DNA of 64,000 nucleotides, from the NCBI GenBank assembly GCA_964409365.1, contig CAYPCX010000012.1, forward strand, positions 178 to 64,177, given 5' to 3'. Below are positions 56,271 to 64,000 of the stretch, one piece after another (within the stretch, counting starts at the first letter, position 1; every line of letters begins with the position of its first letter). Source of the stretch: an uncultured Planctomycetia bacterium (GTDB lineage Bacteria > Omnitrophota > Gorgyraeia > Tantalellales > Tantalellaceae). The notes under the pieces are model-generated. The model ran no database searches. It saw only the letters and a program-made list of their open reading frames with translations, and had not been told where the DNA came from. A program made the translations under genes and the position numbers.

Positions 56271-58400
56271 TCAAAATGGGCATGTGCCCGTTGTACATCC
56301 TCCCGAATACTCGGGTCCCGTCGTAAGAAGTTCCGTTTTCCCGGACGAACGTCCCCTGGTGCCGTAATCAAAGGTAAGCACCTGGTCTTCCTTGCTGCCG
56401 TACCTGTATACCGTGATACCTTTACACTTCAGCTTATGCGCCATCATATAGATCGTCCTTACATCCTCGACCGAAGCGTCGGGCGGCAGGTTTATCGTCT
56501 TGGAAACCGAATTGTCGGTATACTTCTGGAAAGCCGCCTGGACGGCAAGGTGTTTTTCGGGTGTCACGTCAAAAGCCGTAACGAATACCTTCTTGACGTC
56601 CTCCGGTATGTTCTTGATCCCCTTCAACGAACCTTGCCGGGCTATTTCCGCGAGTGTCGCTTTTTTTAAAAACCCCCTCTGTCCGGCTACTTTTTCGAAC
56701 AGAGGATTTATCTCCAAAAGCTTCGTTCCCGAGAGAACGTTCCTGACGAAACTTATAGCGAACAAAGGCTCTATCCCGCTGGAACACCCCGCTATTATGC
56801 TTATGGAACCGGTCGGCGCTATGGTGTTAACCGTAGCGTTACGCAACCTCATGCCTTTTTTGACATATAACGACCTCCTGTAGTCCGGAAAAACACCCCT
56901 CTCGCCCGCCAGAAAAGTGGATGCTTTAAGCGATTCGGCGCGTATGAACCGCATCAGTTTTTCCGCGAGGTCCACCGACCGCTTCGACCCGTACGGTACG
57001 CCCAGTTTTATCAGCATGTCGGCGAACCCCATAACGCCGAGGCCTATCTTCCTGTTGGCCAGTGTCGCCTTTTTGATGGCCGGGAGGGGGAATTTGTTAA
57101 CTTCGATAACGTCGTCGAGGAACCTTACGGCGAAATGCACGCTTTTCTTCAATTTGTTCCAGTCGGGACGCGCACCTGTCACCATCTTAGCAAGATTTAC
57201 CGAAGCGAGGTTACAGCTTTCATGAGGAAGAAGCGGAAGCTCTCCGCAGGGATTGGTCGCTTCTATCCTTCCGGCCCGGGGCACGGTATTTTTCCTGTTT
57301 ATCGCGTCGAGAAAGACCAGTCCGGGGTCCCCGGTACGCCACGAGGCGTTGACCATAAGATCGAATACCGCCCTTGCCTTGACCTTCTTTATCCTCTTCC
57401 CGTTCCTGGGATTGACAAGCGGGAATTCCCCGTTCTTTTTTACCGCCTCCATGAAAGAATCGGTCACGCCGACGGAAAGGTTGAAATTAGTGAAAGCGTT
57501 CTTCTCGATTTTCGCCCCGATGAACTCTACGATATCCGGGTGATCGCACCGCAGTACCCCCATGTTGGCGCCGCGCCTCCTCCCGCCCTGGACTATAACG
57601 CCGGTCGCTTCGTCGAAAATGCTCATGAACGAAACAGGACCCGACGCCTCGCCTTTTGTAGAGCTGACAAGGTCCCCCTTGGGCCTCAACTTCGAAAAAT
57701 TGAACCCCGTGCCGCCGCCGGTCTGGTGGATCTTGGCCATGTCTTTCAGGGCCGAGAATATCCCGTCCATCGAATCCTCGACCGGTATGACGAAACACGC
57801 GGAAAGCTGCCCGAGCAAAGTGCCCGCGTTCATGAGCGTGGGAGAGTTCGGCAAGAATTCCAGTTCGCGCATCATGTGATAGAACGTTTCTTCCACCTCC
57901 CGCGCTTTTTTGGCGGGAACATATTTCTTCTCGGCTTTCGCCACGGCGGAAGCCACCCTCCTGAAAAGTTCGCTCGGCGTCTCTATCACGGTCCTCTTAT
58001 CATCCTTCAGAAGATACCTTCTCCTAAGCACTTCCATGGTGTTCAGCGGGAGCTTGAGATCGTCCTTCAGCCCGAGCGCGGATTTGGCCGTCCGCACCTC
58101 CGCGTGTTTTTCCCTGTGCAAAATATAGCTTTTCGCTACATGGCTGTAACCCTCGCTCATCAAGGTGATCTCGACGATATCCTGGATAGATTCGACGGCA
58201 GGAGCTTTAACTTTGTATAAAGCCGCCAATCTTTCCACGATTATGTCAGAGACATAAACCGCGATCGAGCGGGCCCGTGCCCTGCTCCCCAGCACCTCGA
58301 ACGCGGCCCCTTCAATAGCGTGTGTGATCTTTTCTTTCCTGAACTTTACTTCGGAACCATCCCTTTTTCTCACCTTTTTCGGTGAACCTGTTTTTGCCAT
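56271..58400 (-). CDS. nrdJ: class II (adenosylcobalamin-dependent) ribonucleotide reductase with N-terminal ATP-cone
   Basis: 709 aa; ATP-cone VRKRDGSEVKF; catalytic NPCGE loop; C-terminal CxxC redox tail (GGCTTGTCPF). Confidence 0.8.
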   Translation of the reverse strand: MAKTGSPKKVRKRDGSEVKFRKEKITHAIEGAAFEVLGSRARARSIAVYVSDIIVERLAALYKVKAPAVESIQDIVEITLMSEGYSHVAKSYILHREKHAEVRTAKSALGLKDDLKLPLNTMEVLRRRYLLKDDKRTVIETPSELFRRVASAVAKAEKKYVPAKKAREVEETFYHMMRELEFLPNSPTLMNAGTLLGQLSACFVIPVEDSMDGIFSALKDMAKIHQTGGGTGFNFSKLRPKGDLVSSTKGEASGPVSFMSIFDEATGVIVQGGRRRGANMGVLRCDHPDIVEFIGAKIEKNAFTNFNLSVGVTDSFMEAVKKNGEFPLVNPRNGKRIKKVKARAVFDLMVNASWRTGDPGLVFLDAINRKNTVPRAGRIEATNPCGELPLLPHESCNLASVNLAKMVTGARPDWNKLKKSVHFAVRFLDDVIEVNKFPLPAIKKATLANRKIGLGVMGFADMLIKLGVPYGSKRSVDLAEKLMRFIRAESLKASTFLAGERGVFPDYRRSLYVKKGMRLRNATVNTIAPTGSISIIAGCSSGIEPLFAISFVRNVLSGTKLLEINPLFEKVAGQRGFLKKATLAEIARQGSLKGIKNIPEDVKKVFVTAFDVTPEKHLAVQAAFQKYTDNSVSKTINLPPDASVEDVRTIYMMAHKLKCKGITVYRYGSKEDQVLTFDYGTRGRSSGKTELLTTGPEYSGGCTTGTCPF

Positions 58401-58413
58401 AACCTTCTCCGAT

Positions 58414-59949
58414 CTATTTTTCGCGCCGCCTCCTGCCGGATATGGCAGGCGTGGCCCTCATTTTTAATTCCCCTATTACCATTTTCTGATATTCTCCCAG
58501 CGTCGAACCGAACCTCGGGCTTATCTCAAAACGACGGTCGGGGTATTTTCGCATCCTGTCTATGGCCAGCCGGGCCATATCGGCCATGCTCGATACGGGC
58601 TCTATATCGATCACCTTATTGAGCTCTTCGTACGCGCGGGAACGGTTATGTTTATAATCATAATAGCACACCCCCAGAAGATAGTGGGCATGCTGTTCGT
58701 CAGGACCCAGTTCTATTATTTTCCTGTACCCGTCCATGGCCTCGTCGTATTCATCGTGGTCGAGATATATCCCGCTTATGTAATAAAGCGCTTCTATATA
58801 GAATTCCTTTGTATCCTTATCCATCTTCGGCAAAAGCTCCATCTTTTCCCTGAAAAGGTCGAACTCGGCAAACCCTTTTTCCGGTTTCCTCTCGAGGATA
58901 TATGCCCTTCCCAAATAAAGATGCGTGATGGGATAATCGGGAACGCGCTTTATCACTTTCCTGAAAAGCTTTATCGCCGCACGTTTATTTCCTTTCAGCC
59001 AGTAAATATTGCCCAGCTGAGTGATAGCCGCGTAATCACCGGGATTAAGTGATATCCTCTTCCGGCATGTCTCTTCGGCCTCGTCCAGCCGGTCGGCCTC
59101 CATGAGATCGGAGATGTCTTTATATTTTTTAGGCAGCGCCATCCTGACCTTCCTGAGCCGTCGTATCTCCCCGGCGCTGTCTTTCAGGCCCAGGTCCTTG
59201 TAAAGCTCTATAGCCCTGTCATAATATTCCTGGGCGTTGTCAAAATCGCCTATCGCTACATGACACTCGGCGAGCGTCCGGACGAGCCGCGCGTCCTGCG
59301 GATCGTCCTCGATCGCTTTCTTGTAGCCTTCGATCGCCTTATCATAGAACATGGCCGAATAATACACATCCGCCGAGAATTTATCGAGGCCCGGGAAGTC
59401 CGCCACGTTCTCCTTAAGCCAGATGATGTGCGGCATGACGACGGAAGCGTAATAATACTTTTCCTCCAACAGTGAAGTAAGCACGACGAAATGCCAGGTG
59501 GCTACCTTTTCCCTGAGGTCCGTGACCACCGGCCCTTCCCCTTTTTCCAAAAGGGGGTACGCTTCTTCCATGGCACGCAGCGTTTCCTTGTTCTTTTCCA
59601 TGCCGGAGATCGCGTATTCCAAAGCGTCCTCGTATTGCCAGTCAACTCCCATTTCCTCCGCTCTTTTGAAATACTCATAAGCGTCGGAATACCTCATGAG
59701 GCCGTAATACGCCGTGCCGAGGTCCATGTGGATACGGGGATTATCCGGGTAAGTTTCGAGAAGCGAGTTCAGCTTCTTTACGGCTTCGGTGTAATTCCCA
59801 TCAGTGATCATCTCCCGTTCTATTTTCTCCGTTTTTTCGCGAAGGCCGGTATCTTCTCCAGACCCCTCGGAAGAAAAGACCACCGTTAAGAACACCGCTG
59901 TCATCAACGATCGGTATATTTTTCTTTTTAAACGCATACCCGCCTTCAA
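58414..59949 (-). CDS. secreted TPR-repeat protein
   Basis: 511 aa; signal peptide; multiple 34-aa TPR-like helical repeats. Confidence 0.55.
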   Translation of the reverse strand: MKAGMRLKRKIYRSLMTAVFLTVVFSSEGSGEDTGLREKTEKIEREMITDGNYTEAVKKLNSLLETYPDNPRIHMDLGTAYYGLMRYSDAYEYFKRAEEMGVDWQYEDALEYAISGMEKNKETLRAMEEAYPLLEKGEGPVVTDLREKVATWHFVVLTSLLEEKYYYASVVMPHIIWLKENVADFPGLDKFSADVYYSAMFYDKAIEGYKKAIEDDPQDARLVRTLAECHVAIGDFDNAQEYYDRAIELYKDLGLKDSAGEIRRLRKVRMALPKKYKDISDLMEADRLDEAEETCRKRISLNPGDYAAITQLGNIYWLKGNKRAAIKLFRKVIKRVPDYPITHLYLGRAYILERKPEKGFAEFDLFREKMELLPKMDKDTKEFYIEALYYISGIYLDHDEYDEAMDGYRKIIELGPDEQHAHYLLGVCYYDYKHNRSRAYEELNKVIDIEPVSSMADMARLAIDRMRKYPDRRFEISPRFGSTLGEYQKMVIGELKMRATPAISGRRRREK

Positions 59950-60761
59950 TATCTTACGATAGCATAATTGACGAACCCTATCCCTATCGAGACCAGATTG
60001 TATAAAAAGTGCATCTTGATGGCAAGATAAGTCGAACCGGTCCTTGCCTTAGCGTATGTGATCATCAGGCTGAGCGCGAATATCACGGCCATAAAAACGA
60101 TATCCTCTTTTATCTGAGGATAATGCGCAAGGGTAAAAAGCAAAGAAGTGATAAACACGGCGGGGTGGATACCCAGGTGCCTGTTCAGGCCCGGATAAAG
60201 AAACCCCCTGAACAATACCTCCTCGACGAACGGGGCCACAAGAAGCACGGAAAATATCGTGACCGCGTTCCCTACGACCAGCGCCTCCGTGAACAATGAA
60301 TTGAACGGGATATTCGGGACAAGGGGGTTCATGATACTCACCAGACGCATGACCACGCAGGCTATGATATACAGCGGGAGCCACACCTCCCATGAAGGCG
60401 GGACCCTACCCGGCGACAGGACCGACCGCCGGAAAGATATACCCCGGAGTTTCACGAGCGCCGCAAGAAGGACCAGGCTTACGCATTTGAATATTATCGA
60501 GCCGATATATATGCTGAGATAATAGAGAAGTTTCGGTTCTTTGGTGAAGATGAAAAAATGAAGACGCAGATACCTGATAATATGCGCGCCTAGATGGAAA
60601 GGATCTTTAAAGGCGAATACCGCGATGAGCACGGAAAAAGCGAGCACATCCACAAGCGACCACTGGCAGGCCTCCGGGTCCCGGCCGCCGAAGATCACCG
60701 ACAGAATTTCATTTTTGATACGCTCAATATTCGTCAAGGTGGTTGAACTCCGCGTTCTCAA
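59946..60761 (-). CDS. CPBP-family (CAAX/Abi) intramembrane metalloprotease
   Basis: EEVLFRG...FxxxH (FTLAHY) motifs; listed start is TTG and overlaps upstream gene, so true start probably internal. Confidence 0.65.
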   Translation of the reverse strand: MRTRSSTTLTNIERIKNEILSVIFGGRDPEACQWSLVDVLAFSVLIAVFAFKDPFHLGAHIIRYLRLHFFIFTKEPKLLYYLSIYIGSIIFKCVSLVLLAALVKLRGISFRRSVLSPGRVPPSWEVWLPLYIIACVVMRLVSIMNPLVPNIPFNSLFTEALVVGNAVTIFSVLLVAPFVEEVLFRGFLYPGLNRHLGIHPAVFITSLLFTLAHYPQIKEDIVFMAVIFALSLMITYAKARTGSTYLAIKMHFLYNLVSIGIGFVNYAIVRY

Positions 60762-61209
60762 GCCATGCTTCCGGACGCGATAGGAACTCTATTATATTGT
60801 CGATAAGGAAATAATGTTTTTTTTCCTCTTCGGCGACCTTATTGAACATATCCCTTTGATAAGAGAGTTTAACTTCTTTCGCCTTCTGGAGATAATACTC
60901 CTCGCTCGCTTTCTCTATCTCCTGGGCCTTCCGGTAGAGGGCAAGCTGCGAGACCTGAAGGTCGAATTTCTCACTCTTGCCGGCCATCTTCGAGAAGATA
61001 TCCTTAGCCCCGGGCAGGAGAACCGATTCTCTCAGTTCGGGGCTGGCTCCCTCTTTCATCTTTTCGAACAGGCCATAATGCCTTACCTCTTCATCCGCCA
61101 GCCATTCCAGTATGCTCTTAAGCCCTTCACTGCCGCACTTGCCCGCCAGCTCCCTGTAATAGGTCTCACCTTCTTTTTCCAGCTGCATGGCATGATCGAA
61201 AATATCCAT
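60724..61209 (-). CDS. rubrerythrin-family ferritin-like diiron protein (no rubredoxin domain)
   Basis: 161 aa; E...ExxH twice (ADEEVRHY; EEEKKHYF). Confidence 0.55.
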   Translation of the reverse strand: MDIFDHAMQLEKEGETYYRELAGKCGSEGLKSILEWLADEEVRHYGLFEKMKEGASPELRESVLLPGAKDIFSKMAGKSEKFDLQVSQLALYRKAQEIEKASEEYYLQKAKEVKLSYQRDMFNKVAEEEKKHYFLIDNIIEFLSRPEAWLENAEFNHLDEY

Positions 61210-61368
61210 TTCGCCCCCCGGTCGACTAGAATGAAAGGTCGGTAAGTATATATGTTGTATATATATTATAGGATAATGCGCCGAAATTCAAAGCAAATAG
61301 TGGTTCCCCGGGCGCGATATGAAAAGCCTGCTATCACTTGATCAGACAGGTCCGGCCAGGATTGGATC

Positions 61369-62415
61369 CTAAAAAATACGCTCATCACTTAAACTTACAA
61401 TAAAATCCCCGTTCGGCAAGGACCTGCACCTTGTTAAATGCCATTCAACCTTACCAAGCAGCCACTCTCCCGATCCATTCTGTCCCAATTCCACTTTCAG
61501 CACGATACCGTATTGATATTTTTTTGTTGTCAAGGCCCCGGAAAAATCTCCCAGGGAATATGCCACGACTTTATTGATCCCATTTACGGATTCGGCGCTC
61601 ACCGGTTGCGGACAATGGGAATGGTGCCCTATTATAGCGCCGAATTTCCGGATCAGATGTCGCGCCAGCGCGACTATCTCCGGCCTGGGATAAAGTTCAA
61701 ATTCGTATCCAAAATGAGGATAAAGAAAATTGAACGCGCCGGGTCTCATTTGATGTTCGGCGTCCTTCAGCATGAACACGTAATCACGGTCCCGGTTTGA
61801 CCACATCGTGCCGGAAACGATCCTGATATCGTCATTAATATCGAAATAAGGACGCTCGTTCCAGCCGAACACGTTAAAGTTCCGCGATTCCAGGACCTTG
61901 ACCGACTTGAGGAATTCCTCCTTACCGAAATCTCCCGCGTGATTATTGGAGACGGAGAGATAGGTTCTTTCCGGCGGGAAAAGATCAATAAGTGTTTCGA
62001 TATTTTTCTTATTATGTCGCAGATCGGACAGCAATATCAGTGCATTTTTCCGAGATCCGGTGATCGTGCCTTCAAAATTCCCGATAAGATAATCGCTGTC
62101 ACTAAAAAATTCTTTGACCCCGGGGCTGATATTTACGGACCTGTTCTTGGCCGGCAGTATGTCCCCTACAAAGCCCAGTTTATATCTCGATCTGACGTTC
62201 CTGTTCAAGATGCAAGAATTCGGGATGTTTTCGACGATCCCGGAATTATTCCTGATGGTGCCTGACACATTCTTTGCCAGCCAGTATATACTTTCGGTCA
62301 CGTTATAGGGAGATGCCAGGGTGGAAAGGATGTTCCGGATCATGAATCCTGTTCTGATGAACAGGACTACTACCAGGATCACAAAAATGAATTTAATAAG
62401 GGATCTGAACTTCAT
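61369..62415 (-). CDS. CapA/PGA_cap-family metallophosphatase-like protein
   Basis: 348 aa; N-terminal TM helix; GD...GNFE...NNHAGDFG...GHHSH motif series; lower GC than flanks. Confidence 0.6.
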   Translation of the reverse strand: MKFRSLIKFIFVILVVVLFIRTGFMIRNILSTLASPYNVTESIYWLAKNVSGTIRNNSGIVENIPNSCILNRNVRSRYKLGFVGDILPAKNRSVNISPGVKEFFSDSDYLIGNFEGTITGSRKNALILLSDLRHNKKNIETLIDLFPPERTYLSVSNNHAGDFGKEEFLKSVKVLESRNFNVFGWNERPYFDINDDIRIVSGTMWSNRDRDYVFMLKDAEHQMRPGAFNFLYPHFGYEFELYPRPEIVALARHLIRKFGAIIGHHSHCPQPVSAESVNGINKVVAYSLGDFSGALTTKKYQYGIVLKVELGQNGSGEWLLGKVEWHLTRCRSLPNGDFIVSLSDERIF

Positions 62416-62521
62416 TTATCGGTTTTTGGTGTGGGATAACTAGAAATTCGACATTCGTAAGTCGACCGCATTCCCGATCCTCTGAACACTTCTAATTTCG
62501 ACTTTCGAATCTCGAATGCTC

Positions 62522-62562
62522 TAAAAAATTAAACCCTTTCAAAAGAAGGGTTTAATTTTTTG
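62522..62562. terminator. bidirectional intrinsic-terminator-like hairpin (A-run, aattaaaccctt..aagggtttaatt, T-run)
   Basis: Perfect 12-bp stem with A/T runs on both sides. Confidence 0.55.
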
Positions 62563-62629
62563 GCTCCCCACTACGGACTCGGAACACTACAGGGGGCGCT
62601 TCTCTAAGTATAAGGAAATACACATACTT

Positions 62630-63004
62630 GTGAAGATGTACCGCCGCCGCGGCAAGGGCACATCTATCAGTTTGTACGCTCCATTGCCTAGTTTACCCCA
62701 AAAACCGGCCCCAGTCTACAAAAATATTGTAGCCATGGCAGTTAAGGTTAATGAATACCTTGTTCAAAACCCTCAAAGAACATATACCTCAGCGGGCAAC
62801 CACTTCGGTGTCACCCGGGCCCGCATATCCCAGCTCATGACCATCCACGAGAAGCTCCCGGACGACTTCATTGAGATGATGGGGCAGTGCGATGACCAGG
62901 CTCTCATCAAACGCTTCTCCGGGAAGACCCTGCTAAAAATAGCCGCTAAAGAAAGCCCCAAACAACGCCAATTATATATAAAAAATCTCTGCGATCAAAT
63001 TTGA
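62630..63004 (+). CDS. small HTH DNA-binding protein (only plus-strand gene); alternative ATG at 62735
   Basis: HTH-like TYTSAGNHFGVTRARISQLM; low-GC region. Confidence 0.4.
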   Translation: MKMYRRRGKGTSISLYAPLPSLPQKPAPVYKNIVAMAVKVNEYLVQNPQRTYTSAGNHFGVTRARISQLMTIHEKLPDDFIEMMGQCDDQALIKRFSGKTLLKIAAKESPKQRQLYIKNLCDQI

Positions 63005-63018
63005 GTATCGCTCAGAAC

Positions 63019-63977
63019 CTACCAGACTGATTTCAGGCAAATCTCATAATCTCCGATATTAAAAGATTCTTCATCCGGCTTTTGCTGTCTCTCGGATAAT
63101 GAAAGATACTCACGATACAATAAGTTATGTAACACTTCCAGTTTATTAGGAACATTTCGTGGGATCTGACTAAATACTTTCACCATCTGCCATATTGAGG
63201 ACCATGTTGCCCGTTTATCCGGCTCATGGCCTGTGAAAAAAGTACCGTAACGACACACTACAAAAAAGAGGACTTTTACAGGCTCCTCACCGGAATAACC
63301 TATACCAAATTTTCGCATACCGTTCCTGGGATTTGATTCTTTGATCCAGGTTTCAACTTTATCTATCCACTCTTTCGTTTTCGGATATAAATTGGATATG
63401 CGGCTGTATCTTTCCTTGAGTGAAGCGCCGAATCTTTCCTGCCATTTAAGTTGAAACAGGCCAAGCACATTGGTATTTTTATCGTATACACGGCATCTAT
63501 ATCACTTGCGCCCCTGCTACTGTCAAAACTGATATTTCTGTCGACTTTAATATAGTTGCCTTCCTCAAAGAAAGTATACAATTGATCTCTGAAAGTCTTC
63601 TCCCGGGCATTAACCGCATTAAAATAATCTTTTTCATACCTGCGTCTAATTTCGCAATTAAGGAAATCATAAGGGTTTACCTGTGAACCAACTACCGAAT
63701 GGAGAAGCGAGTTATCCGCAATTTTAATATAGGGCGGCGGAGCGCTTCTCATCCGGTCAGAGTGATATTCGATATTCTCAGGTGATAACGTTATCGTATC
63801 CAGTATCTGCTCCGCATTATTTTCACTGATATCAAGATAACGTGACATTGAGTTAACAAGATCCATTCTGCCCCTGGTTATTGTTATTATATCCGGGAAA
63901 CTAACTTCATCCTTATATTTTTCATACAACTCAAGACAAAAGAAATAATGCTTCAAAGCGACCCCGCATGTAACCAT
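63019..63977 (-). pseudogene. hypothetical protein split into two overlapping ORFs (apparent frameshift near 63440-63475) in AT-rich island; may extend past window end
   Basis: ORFs 63363..63977 and 63019..63468 overlap by ~105 nt in different frames; T5 run at ~63475; ~40% GC versus ~57% elsewhere. Confidence 0.3.
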
Positions 63978-64000
63978 GACGAATTCGCAATATTTATGAT

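Noticed and set aside
62487-62510. tRNA-like TTCGAATC motif (cgactttcgaatctcgaatg)
   Set aside because: No GGTTCGAATCC T-arm context, no acceptor stem or CCA-end; it is part of a tttcgaa heptamer repeat

Overview
The window looks like a ~57% GC anaerobe chromosome segment. Essentially every gene (about 80) is on the minus strand; the only plus-strand gene is a small HTH ORF near the 3' end. Reading the minus strand from high to low coordinate gives seven blocks. (1) Oxidative-stress island: Rrf2 regulator (partial), Ogg2-type DNA glycosylase, thioredoxin reductase, glutaredoxin, two rubrerythrin-type proteins, desulfoferrodoxin, an unannotated rubredoxin, TlpA/CcdA thiol-disulfide relay. (2) gdhA, Fe-ADH, receiver-domain protein, PEP-synthase-like protein. 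(3) A large nitrogen-assimilation supercluster: gltBD, Fis-like HTH, glnK, amtB, porin-like beta-barrel protein, GAF-ANTAR antiterminator, type III glutamine synthetase. Leader terminator/antiterminator hairpins sit upstream of all three operons. (4) Secreted glycoside hydrolase plus OprB-like porin. (5) nikR with a NikR box, a hyp cluster with truncated hypA and a C-terminal-only hypF, flanked by a ~90 bp palindromic repeat element. (6) A Rex-controlled modular [NiFe] hydrogenase: HydB/HydG-like NAD(P)H module, polyferredoxin, group-4 NuoHBCD-type catalytic core, a complete Mrp antiporter set, NuoI-like subunit and HycI-like protease. (7) APC permease fused to an EIIA(Ntr)-like domain, FecR/TPR outer-membrane proteins, SufBC, class II RNR, and a low-GC island at the 3' end. 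A genome-specific feature is a family of heptanucleotide tandem repeats (STRR-like) in intercistronic spacers, several running into coding sequence (hypE, hypF, nuoH-like). No rRNA, tRNA or CRISPR was seen. Every protein-family assignment rests on motif recognition by eye; no database search was run.
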